This document shows positions 1-12,400 of a stretch of 64,000 nt of DNA, piece by piece. The stretch is from contig NC_092670.1 of the NCBI RefSeq assembly GCF_964355755.1, forward strand, positions 13,440,795-13,504,794. Reading direction: 5' to 3'. The position numbers and the translations under genes are program-made. Every line of letters begins with the position of its first letter. Positions within the stretch are counted from its first letter, which is position 1. The stretch is from Antedon mediterranea. Lineage: Eukaryota > Animalia > Echinodermata. Under the pieces are notes generated by a model that did not search any database, was not told the DNA's origin, and saw nothing but the letters and a program-made list of their open reading frames with translations.

Positions 1-321
1 AGCTATGTTTTTTCCTTATCATAAACTTCTACATTGAAATAAACTAAAATCTTACATTATTGAAGTAAGATAATGTAGTTAATGCAGTAACTGCAGTAGA
101 ATCAAAATTGCTATTTTGTGCAAGATTGCTATTTTTTTCCTATTTGGTTAAGGCAGAAACTATAGAGGGCCTGAATCACCACATGAATATCAAATTGAAT
201 TCAATTTTATGATTAAAAATGATATATCAATGTCAAGACTAATTGGAGCCTCAAAATTGTCTGCCCCCTCTTAATAAATGTGTTATCATTTGTATTTTAT
301 ATATTTATTTTTTTAACTCAC

Positions 322-430
322 CATTCTTTACACTCAGATGCCAGTAAGGCACCTACTGGATACAGGTCATTGCTTCTGACACATGGACATTCATCAATAA
401 TAACACAGTTTTGACCATCGAACAATGTTC
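322..430 (-). CDS. Exon 14: end of TIL / start of TILa(E) module
   Basis: [36 protein letters not shown](C); aag acceptor, gtgag donor; typical C-x-x-x-x-x-CPC of mucin/VWF TIL-E junctions. Confidence 0.88.
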
Positions 431-3400
431 CTTTGGAGAAGAAAAATTTGTAATTAAAATGTATTTGCAGTATACAACTGTAAGAACTTATCGGAACATT
501 TATTATTATTTAAAAGAAATTAAGAGTAAAGCTAAAATTAATACCTAAAAGGAGTGGTAAATGAATAAAAAGGGAGGAGAACGAACAGTTGAAAGCACTA
601 CACAAATTATATAATGCAAAATATCGAACTTCAGCTTGGTTCGGTATTTCTTGTCACCATTTTAGGCCAAAAAAAATCGCAGTCTCCTTCACGCATCAAC
701 AAATCACATCCCAACACACTAAAAAACTTTCTTACCTTCAGGACAAAAACACCCATCGATGCAATGATCTTCACATTCAGCATCATAGCGAGCATTTTCA
801 CAAGTACGAGGACAAACAGAACCGCATTCTGAATGAATATGATCGACAGGACAGTCCACACCTAAAAAAGAACCATTGATTGTCAAATTATTTTATAGAA
901 ACTGACGCAAATTTTTCATATATGAACAGGAATGTTAAAACTGATCCGATAAAAGCATTTTATCGGAATCGGTTAAACCCTGTTTCCACAGAAACTTTAT
1001 CAGTTAGTTATCGGTTATTTTTCAATCAGTTAGTTATCTGTTAATTTTTGGCTGCGAAAACACAGCCAAATGGATACTTACTGCAGAAATATGGACTACG
1101 CCAATTAAGAGTGATTCCTTGTGCAGCACACGCTCTTGAGTATTGTGCAATGGCATCACACTCACAGATCTCATATGAATCAAAATCACAGGAGCACATG
1201 TGGAACATGCATAGGCCGTGGTAAGCTTCTACGTCCACATGGCCATGACAAGCGGTGAATACGTTAGATTTCAAGTAGTCACAGCGAAGTGTTGCCTGAA
1301 ATTAAACACTTGAACAATCACCAACAGACAATTTATATATTGTATTGCACCTCAAAAATATGGAAAATGAAAATAAAAATAGGCCAAACAATTACAGTTT
1401 TTCCAGGTAAAATGTTGATCCAATATTACCTGATATTATGAAATATTAAAACAAATTATAAATAATAATAATAATAATAGGATTTTTATAGCGCACATAC
1501 CACTCAAGAGTGCTCAAATCTTTTGTTCAGGTGGATAATATATTTATAAATAAAGCAGATGATAAACATATGTCTTGTAGAAGTTGGAAGGTTTTTTTAT
1601 ATTATTATTATTGACTAAGATTGAAGCAGTAGAATATTGTGCAGTTGTTTAGGTATATAATATGGGTTTTTCATCTGATTTTGATCAACAGATTTTGATA
1701 AAGCAGATGATAAACATATGTCTTGTAGAAGTTGGTAGGTTTTTTTATATTATTATTGACTGGAGAATGAAGCAGTAGAATATTGTGCAGATGTTTAGGT
1801 ATTTAAAAAGGGTTTTAAATCTGATTTTGATCTGATTAAGTCTTATAACATATTTCTGCAATATTGGTTATTTTTGTTGAAGAGTTAACAACAGTTAGAA
1901 GCTCAGATAACAATGTAATACTAAAGGTAAGGAACACACAAGTGGTTTTAAGTCAATCTAATCCACAATTTGATTTTGATATCTTATTTTTAATATTTTT
2001 AATAAGTGAGGTCCACTTTTCATGAGTGCATACTCCTAGAACGTGTGTTTAAATTATACGTAGAATATATGTATATATTATATGTTTAAGATTCATTTTT
2101 ACTGCCAACCCTCTGATTGAAATCTGGATGTTTGCTAAAAATGACAAAGAAGAAAGTTTTACCAACAGCAACAGCAATACACCATGAGTGAGTACAAATG
2201 GAATTACATTACATTCACATATTATCCTTATTTTTAACAGACCTCCAAACATTCCCAATAATAAAACAAAAAGTGATTATGTTATTACACAAATAGCTTA
2301 TTATAAATACATAAACAGGATAAAGCATAAGCAAAATGTTTTATGAAGATACTAATTATAATAATACTAAAAAGAAGTAGAATCATTTCTATTAAATACA
2401 ACAGAAACCGGTACTTACCATTTGTAAATAGTCAGGCTTAGATGCAAGTGCGGCACAAGGGTGTGAAGACTCTGGATCTACATCCAAGCACTCTTCCTCG
2501 CCAGTCTTCATACTATTACCAAACTCTACATCTGATGTTGCTAAATAGTTGTACCTTGGGTACATGAAAAGGTCGTTGCTGGAGTCAAAATCAAAATTTC
2601 CACACATCCCACACAACTTTCCACTGTAGAACGTAGACATGTACATGTATACACTGGCTGAACCATCAAATTTGATAAAAGCATCTAATTTAAAAATTGA
2701 ATTGGATGATCATTTAGATTCATTGCAAATCATTGGAGAAATATAATAGATTCTGAATGAAATTCACAGACGGCTTCAAGGTGGGGTATTACAGACAATT
2801 AAGTCAAGTTCAAATCTGCCTTAAAATACCTCATGAACCTCCATTTCAAAATCATGGACATGTTAATGATTGTGATCATTTTATTATTCCTGATGAGGAA
2901 TAAGTACTATTTCCATGCTTCTTAATTTTAATAAGAAAGTTAATATTGATCGACTGCATCACTTGTAATACAAACACACACATTTTCACAATATAAATTT
3001 GTAAAAATTACCAACTAGTCCGTAGAAAAATGTGTAATCTCCCTTTTTCTCAATTTTGATGCCATTATAAGCAAAAGGAACTTCAACACGAACTTTATTG
3101 AGATGAACAATATTATTTGGAAGCAAATGGTATTCATCTTCACCCGAACTAAAAAAAAAGAAAAATAGTTCAATGAATAAAAACTTGTAGCTGATGGATG
3201 TAATTATTTGGGCTCAGATGGGTAACGTGTACCCTTTTAAACACTAATCAAACTTATTTTAGTCTTCTACACAGTCTGATTTCAACATAACACCCAATCA
3301 GGTATCCTAAAGTACTGATTTGTTTGCCTACTGTATCTCCACCCTTTAACAACACAATTAAAGTCACTAACAATGGAAGTGTGATGCATTATTGTACAAT

Positions 3401-6400
3401 TAGAACAATCATCAATTGTGATTTCGCCAGGAAAAAAAAAATAGATCAAGAATCGTGACCTATGCATACGTTGCTAGACTTGCCCCAAGCTGTATTCATT
3501 ATCTTTTTTTTTTATTTATTTGTTTTTATTTCGATTTTTGTCTGAAAATACAGACTTCTGAAACACGTATAGAAATCGATTTGCAGACCGCAAACATCCG
3601 ATAAGAATGACGTAGGTTACCATACCGTATTTGACTATATGGGGCGGGTGGTATGTAAATATGGATTTCGAATCAACCAATGATCATTTTGTTTCAAAAT
3701 GAAAAAAATAAAATCGTGTTGCCAAGTCGTATGTATGACCTGCCAAATAAAACGCTAATAAGGTACATACCACCACCGGCAGACAACAGAGCTACACACT
3801 ACCACACAGGGACAGGGTCTGGGCTGGGTGGGAATTAAATCAAATTATCTCCGCATAATAAATGATCCATGAAATGTTTGATTTGCGGAGAAGCTAGCCT
3901 ATCATATCAAGACGAGTTTTCATGTTCTTGGGAAAAATCCCATCAAATGTTTCCAGACTATAGTACTAGGCATATCATTTCTAGCCTTCAATGTACCCAA
4001 GTACACATTGTCTAAACGTAACATAGCGCATGTGCATCATCTTAGTTGTTGAGTCTTTGAAATTCTGAAATATGAATATTAAAACAGCGTCTGAGTAAGT
4101 AGCCAATGGCATGTGGCTGAAACTAGTCAACTGGATAATCGTATGCACCAAGAATTCTTGGTGTCAAATCATGTGACTTGTATGTGTTTCCCCAGACGGA
4201 GTATACAAAATCAAGTAGTATATGTATGAAACGCCATATGTGCCAAAATATTTATCTTTTTACTAATATTAAGACAAAACTCCATCTAGAACCCAGATAA
4301 ATACGTTGCCTGCAAACACAGGAATTTATAAAAAAAAAATAAAATAAACATTTGTTTTATTTTGAGTACTTATTATAAGTAACGTACTCGAAATATGACA
4401 AAAAGGCAATTCTATGTTAAATGATAATCAGATGATTTTTTAGACAATGTTTTCTAATGGCCACTTCTAAATCTTTGTCTACACTATAAAACTAGTTTGA
4501 CAAAATAAGTGATGTGACCAAATATATGATGGTGATATGCCTAAATATGTCCATATATATAGTGTAGACAATTTTGTCAAAACTTGATCAGGAAGTTTTA
4601 CATAATCTTGCTAATAGATGACTAGGCAGATATACAGGCAGATCGACAAGGATGATGAACTCACTGTATATGTACTGCATATTTACAAACATTACCCTCC
4701 TCATCACAACTGTATTTCGTATCGATGTCTACTCGAAATGATGTTGGATCATCGCTGCATTCAGAAATCATAGTATATAAGCATTTTCCGGGAAAAACGA
4801 TGGTTCGATGATCAAATGTACTAAAGTGTGAGCCACAACACGCCGAGCACACACCAGTCATATTATACGGGTCCACTATAAATAAAGTACATGTTATTGA
4901 AAAATAAAATGATACAAATGAGATGCTGTATTACTAAATATTCCTATGATTATAGATATAAGAGGAGTATTGAGAATCGGGTAAAAAATCACACATGACA
5001 AACATATATGCGAGAGTATGAGTCAATACAACATTTTCATTTGCAATGATCTGATACTCTAAACGAGCTTATACTTGCTTGCTTGCTTGATGTTATGGGT
5101 CGGTTAGAAAGCTAATATAGCTTATATGACCCTTCCTGTCTTCTTATGACAAAAATATAGGTACATAGGGCTCCGGGTGTACACATAATGTTCCAAAGTA
5201 TTTATAAATGTGAAAAAGTAAACTTGCAGTCAAGGGACTTCCAATGATCATTGAGGAGTGACTTGAATAGATTTAAATTTGGAGCTTATGTTCATATCTG
5301 GTTCCATGAGATCAAGATAAGGGATAGTGTAATACCTCTACACTTATGAATTGGACTGACCAAGGGCTGGAATTAGAATCTAATTTATATTGCGACTCCC
5401 AACATAGTTTGCACAAATCATTCATCATTAAAGTTGGGAACATTTGGACCTAAGAAAAGTCTGGTTTTGGCATAGTTTTCATTTACAAATATTGAGTCGA
5501 CTGCATATCAATATAAACATGTACATACCAGTAAAGTTGAAGAGAGAATCACCATGATCAAATTTGATAGCTGAAATAAATGTTTATAGAATTACACATA
5601 ATTGATACAAATAGAATTCTATTCACAAAAAAAAATAATGGATCAAGAAAAACATTATTTATCTGAAAATTTAAAGCAAACGATAGTCAAATTAGCTGCC
5701 AGACAATGTGCTTTTGGTTGAATATAACCATTTATTTTGTCTTTTCGTAGGCCTTAAGTAAAAACATTATTTTCGTGTTTTTTTTCTTTTTACGGAAGTT
5801 ATTAACATCATTAAAACTACAAAATGACCAGATACATCTTTAAATATAAAGTACAATACTATTCTATGCAAAATATTCTGTATAGAAGATTTGTCTATGT
5901 ACATTTTTATTTTATTCTGGAATATCTGGACTCTCACTCATGAGGAGAATGGATGCATATTGATCGAAATGTCAAGAAATTCAACAATTTTTCTCAGAAT
6001 TATATGTGGTGTAGCGTAAACATTATATCAACATAATTATACATTTTTTCTTTAAAGATGTATTGTCCCTTTGACTAATTCCAAAAAAAATAAAAAATAA
6101 AAGATTTCGAAAAAAAGTGGGTTATTTTGAAGTATCATAATAGTCGAAAAAAAAATCATTTAATTGAAATACAGACGTTTTTTTGTTCAAAAAATAACTT
6201 TGACTTCCAGTCAAAGTTTTTGATAAAAACATCTCATAATGCATTGCTCTTGTTTGGCTACTCTGTATGCATAATCATAAAACTTCCTCGCAATCTGTGT
6301 GAAAACACCTTCTCAACCGTGACGAGTTGTAAACAATCCTAATTAGCATCATGCATAATGTATACTCGTGGTTTGAAATCTTTGTTTACTTTCGCTTGCA

Positions 6401-9400
6401 ACGATTTTCCAGACGAAATGTAATCAAATTAATTTACCTGTTTATTACGTAAACTTGTTGCTTTTGGTTCGAATTTTTGACTTAAAGTGAACAACTTTAA
6501 TATTACTTTGATATGGCAGATTTAAATTTAGAATATTTTGACCTTCATATTTTGTGTTTCAAGGGACAATACATCTTTAATTGAATAAAGAGATATTGAA
6601 TTTATTTGATACTTGTGAGCATATATAAACATACGTACAGTATACTGTCATGGATCAGTTGTTGTTCGTGTGCGTTCTGCGTATTTGCATATAAGTGTCT
6701 TGCTGCTAGTTGTTTTGCGAGCATTGTGTTTGGCGCATTTGCATATAGGTGATGTTTTGGTTAACGACCTGGTTTTTCTGTCTGCGCGTCAGAAAAGCTT
6801 TTGTTGCAAACACAGGAAGATGTGATTTTTGTTACCGTGTTGTATATATATATTATTAAGCCGTTGTTGAAGTTACCATTAGAAATGGTTGATTGCTGTA
6901 CGATCTTTCGTTCTTAGTTAGTAAATACATCATTCAAGTTGATTCAGGGTTTTTTCCTTTCTACGTTCTCTTTATTTTCTGAGTGACGTTGAGTTGTACA
7001 CAATAAATGGTATGGTAACGGCAATAAACAACTTGTTGTCTTTCTGTTGGTCTTGATATTGCATTCATTTGAGCCAAGCCTCGCACGCTTGATACCCGGG
7101 GAGAAAACTTCCAAATTAATCCGGGCATGGTCTCACGTACACATTAAATGGTATGGTAACGACAATCAACAACTTGTTGTCTTTCTGTTGGTCTTGATAT
7201 TGCATTCATTTGAGCCAAGCCTCGCACGCTTGATACCCGGGGAGAAAACTTCCAAATTAATCCGGGCATGGTCTCACGTACCACGACAATACAAATAATG
7301 TATGTCTGTGAGTTGGCTGATAAGAATATTTCATATGTAAGATCAACTGATCTATTTATAGAAAGCTAAATTTGAATTAGAACCATTATCACTAATTGCA
7401 AATCACTTTCAAATTAGGTAGAACTTACTAACGAACAGCACGTGATGGCTAATTAACCAATCAAATGGCAGGGATACACACAGGTGTTATGAGATAATAT
7501 GTAAGTCCAAGACCTACCTGTGCCAAATTGAAAAAATAAATAAAAACAAATTACCTTTTTCGCAACTAACTCCACCATATCCAGAGAAACATACACATTC
7601 ATTTGGCTGTTCACAAATACCATTGTAACATCCACTTTCACAGATCGCTGTAAATATTTTTTTTAAATAAATGAATTGTCTATTTGATATTTAATTCCGT
7701 ACTAACATATATTGATCAAAAATCAAGAAATTTAAAAAAAAGCCATGTACATATTATTATTTCTACACAAAATGAATGGAAACTTAGTTTCACCAAAAAA
7801 GTAAAGAAGACGAAAACTATTTTAGTATCTGACGGACTACAAGTTATTAGTACTGAATCATACCTGATGCACACGTTTCACCTTCCCATCCTTGAGAACA
7901 TTCACAATGATCGGTAGCTGTACACTCTCCATTTACGCAGGGTTGACTACAGGTTATTGTGCCTGTTGAGAAATCATAATCATACATTTTGTTACCTAAG
8001 AAAAAACATAAAAAGAGCTTGCGATATTGTTTAAAGTATTGTAAATACAAAAATAGTAATAAATTCTGCTAGCCTCTGAATGTGATCGAAAATAAATAAA
8101 TAAATAAAAAACAATATTATAAGATACCGATTTATAAACTAGCAAGAATTTTGATTTTTTTTCTAAAAAGTGGAGCTCCCATTAGCGTTTGTTATGTTTA
8201 AGTATGCTTAATTAAAAGTGATTACACAAAAAAAATTATGGTAACATTTTCCAAAAACTCTAAAAATGTCTATAAAAAAGAGGTCAGAAAATAGTATTTT
8301 TTTACACTTTTACAGTAACTTAAGGTTTATTTGTTTACAACACGTCGCGAAACGCGTTACACTTGGCGATGGACGCGTTTTGTTCATCGGTGAACGCGTT
8401 GGTGTAACGAGGAGCAATTATTCAGGCACATATCCTATGTGGGTACGGTAGGCGCACCGAGGTTGGGTGACAAAATTCACTGTTGTAAGATTATCAGCCG
8501 AGCCAGGCTAAGCAGTATCATCGGTACATACCTAAATACTCTAGTGGGCCTAGGGCTAGGCCAAGCTTGATTGAATATAGGCTATACAAATAGCCACGTC
8601 TTTCTCAGATCTCGTTCAATTTGACATTTTAGTAATAATCTCATAATCACATTATTACACTGTGAAATATGATAGGGTACTCACATGCAGCTGTTCAATG
8701 TTATACTTTTCGGCCCCCCTCAAATAACATCGCGACGATCAAACAGATCGTCTGGTGCATGCAGCATGCACCATAAGTTAAGTGTGATTATGAAAAATGT
8801 CAGGTGATCATATTCCCTAGCATACTAAAAAAAACCAATTTGCACCCTAAAAGGGGGAAAGTTGCTGGCTATTTAGATAGTAGCCTATTTACGAAAAATT
8901 GCGCAATGTATACGCGATAAAAAAAAATACTAGAAATAGAAACATTTTAAAATTTGTTTTAGGATTATTCAAATATACCCCTCTTTTGCATGAAGAATAG
9001 GAAATTAAAAGGTATCCCGCCAAAATCCAAAACGGTGTTATTTTCAAGAAAATCGTAATCTAGGCCTAGGCCTACTCATTGAAAACAATTTAAAAAAAAT
9101 AAGTATGAGGGATGATGATATTTTTAAATAACAGTTGAAATGTATGAACAATTTACATTTTCTGGGCCGAGCTTCACTTAGGCGAGTCAAAAATAATATG
9201 GAAACATAGGCCTAATCTTCCATAGATTGATTTATTCTTTTTAGGGCAATCCCGGAGCTTTAAAAAATGTAATGTTTTAGTTATAGCCTTGCATTAAACG
9301 TAGCATCTAGAGCGTTCACATTAACATTACAATATTGAAAATATTATTGTTACAATGTTTCTTGACATTTAAATTATAGCTTACTGATTTCACAGCGAGT

Positions 9401-12400
9401 TCCAACAAAATTTGATGAACATTCACACCTATTCTGTTCAACACAAGTACCCTGGTTCTCACATGGAGGATCACAGTATCCTATAATAAAATACAAAAAC
9501 ATAATGTAGACACTTTTTTGTAATGTTTTTGTTTTTGAGTTCGTGTTGTGTCCGTTGGATATTGTGCTCCGCCAACAGAGCAAACAGAATTTCTATGTTT
9601 TTTCTTAAAACAAATGATAATAAATGATACTTGACTTAATAACATTTTATTTATTTTGCCTCTTCAAAGATATAAAATACCATAAAATGGAAAAACAAAT
9701 ACACAAACACTGGATTCCCAAAAGTGAACGTATCACTTGTAAAAGCTCTGTCTACACTACGAAAGTTTCAAAAAAACAAAAATTGGGATGTGTCCATTTA
9801 CTATAGCTACATGAACAACGTTATTAAAATATTGATTAAAAAACAAGATAAAAAATTATTGGAATTTGATTGCAGAAGAAATTTGAAGATAAGTAATTTG
9901 TCTTACGTGTCTCACAGTTTACGCCCGTCCAGTGTTCAGTACAACTACAGATACCGTCAACGCAACTGGCGCCATTCAAACAGTGATCACATGACACTGA
10001 AACAAATATAATTATCATGATAACTATAATTATAAGTTATTTTTTCCAATGTAAGAGAATCCTCCTTTTTATACTTACGTGATGGAAAAGTTTATGTCAT
10101 ACGCTTAACGACAAATGATCATTCACATTTATTTTATGTTTATTATAGGCCTACAGTTACAGTATTATAATTGATGGCAAGGATCTTGCACTTAGAAATT
10201 TACAATTCTATTTTGCAAGACCATTTTACATAAAATATAAACATAATACACTAAACACAAATAAAATCAAATAAAATAAAAAAAAAGAAACGTCATTTCC
10301 TATAAATTATACAATTTAGTGTCTATATCTCCACAACGAAATATTCATAGGAATAGTTGACAATAGCCTCATGTGCAACATATTATTTTATTTTATTTTA
10401 ATTCGCAATCAACAGCGGAGAGCCCGCCATTTGATCCTTGCCATCAATTATAATTGACATGGTCCACAAGAACCAATTACAGTGACAATTCTTAATTTTG
10501 GATTTCTATTTCTATAAAGATAAACAGAAAAGAAGAAGAAAATATAAATAGTTGAGTATTAGTGGAGGGAATGTTTTGGTATATGCTAGGCGATACACAT
10601 GTGATGCGATATCAAATATTCCTTATAATAATTTCTTATTTTTAAAGACTATAATCATTATAATGTGGATCAAATCAGGTTATGTGTTTATCACTTACCT
10701 TTTTCACAAAAGGCACCAGTATAGCCTGTTCCTACGCAATTACATTGGTCAGGCAACACACATATACCATTGTTTTCACAATCTATTTTGCAGATAGCTG
10801 TACCATGAAAAAAAAAAACATTTTTCATTAACTTTAAAATGCACCGTTTTGTTAGGCATATTAAAGAAAGAATATGGGAGAAACTCTTCAACAAATTCAC
10901 GAATATTCTACCAATAGGGACTATGTGATTTTAAAGACTGTAGGCCTATTTATACCGTCTGATTTTTTTTTAACGGAAGGAAATATGCTTGAAAGAGAGA
11001 TTTGTATGTTCCATTCAACCCGCTTGAATTAACGTACATTAGACCTAATAGCTATTAAAATTGTAGGCCTACATCATTATAACGTTATGTGTCGTTCAAT
11101 ATTATGATGTTGTACTCGAGCTGTTAATCAGATGTCTTCGTATGATTGTGTGCGGGTATTGTGTACCACATTAAAAAAACACACGTAAATTCGTTTTTTT
11201 TTCCGTCAATAATCAATTCATTATTAGGTGTTAGAAATCAGTATCGACAGTACGTATCAACTTTCTAAAATTGAATAATTTAGAAATTACGTGCGATTTA
11301 CCGAATGTTTAGGCCTACCCTTACGAAAATTCATATCAGATGAGAGGATGCAGATTGTATGCAAAAATACATTTTTTACAGAGCATTTTGTACATGTATT
11401 TGAGATAGTCAAGTTACCTTTATTGCAGTTTTCTCCACTCCAGCCATCACAGCATACAGTAGTGAATTCCACGACTATTCTAGTTTTTGGAACCGTATTT
11501 TCTATTTCAACAAGTCTTTAAGACAAAAATGTTTACAGTTATGCCACTGCTTGTCTATAACATTCAGGGAAGTAGTTATCAATCAACCATTTAAGTTACT
11601 TTCATTGTTTTCAGTTAAGGTTGACTGTGCGTTAAATTGTGCTGATACAAAAAATGCACGGTTGTTGACTACACCTTGCCTATATACAACAATGGATTAC
11701 TTCTATACTATTATGTGATATTTAATGGTGATATAATGATACTATTGGAGTACATTCCGCTTTTTAAAACAGTTTTAGAATTGTGTGCAAAACGAGGCTG
11801 TAAACACACTGCGTCCAATATATCGCAGCTTTGCTTTTTATTGGATATCAAAATCGCTTTGACAAAATCACTTACATTTTACTGTAATTAAACTATATAA
11901 ACACCTAAATAAATGCTTGACATTTTTTATTGGACTATAGCATTGTGGGCACTTAACCTTTGACCAAATCGCTTAAAAATTACAGTAATTAAATTTCATG
12001 ATTTAGGCCTAAACACCTAAATAAATTCCTGTCATTTGCTTAGACTACAGTATTATGGGCACATGATAACAGTAACGCTTTGCGCATAATGACATGAATT
12101 AATATTAATTTTGTTGGTGAAAGACTGGAACTACGCGAACGCCACCTCCATTCAGCAACAATCGGCGGAAAGGCGATAATTGAGTGACGATGAAATCACT
12201 AAATTACCTGCTGAAACAAACAAAAACTAATAAAATATAGGTAAATACCATCTTTAGATGTGATAAAAACAACAAATGGGTATTCAGTAATCTCATAAAC
12301 ATCCATTATTATTTTTAATTTATACGAACCTCTTGATTTTACACCTATTTTCACTCAAATGCTCCTCCAATGTTTCATTTTCACCCAATTTATCGGGACA

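Noticed and set aside
589-879. Three overlapping ORFs in the ORF track
   Set aside because: They are shadows of the real TIL exon (861-736), which is in another frame.
4146-4163. 18-bp perfect palindrome CACCAAGAATTCTTGGTG
   Set aside because: Isolated and intronic among TE debris; most simply a collapsed MITE end or footprint.
7047-7298. 83-aa ORF with an internal repeat
   Set aside because: By-product of the 141-bp duplication (a multiple of 3) inside the solo LTR.
8200-9300. CpG-rich intronic block, possible DNA transposon
   Set aside because: It looks repeat-derived, but I could not define TIRs or a TSD.
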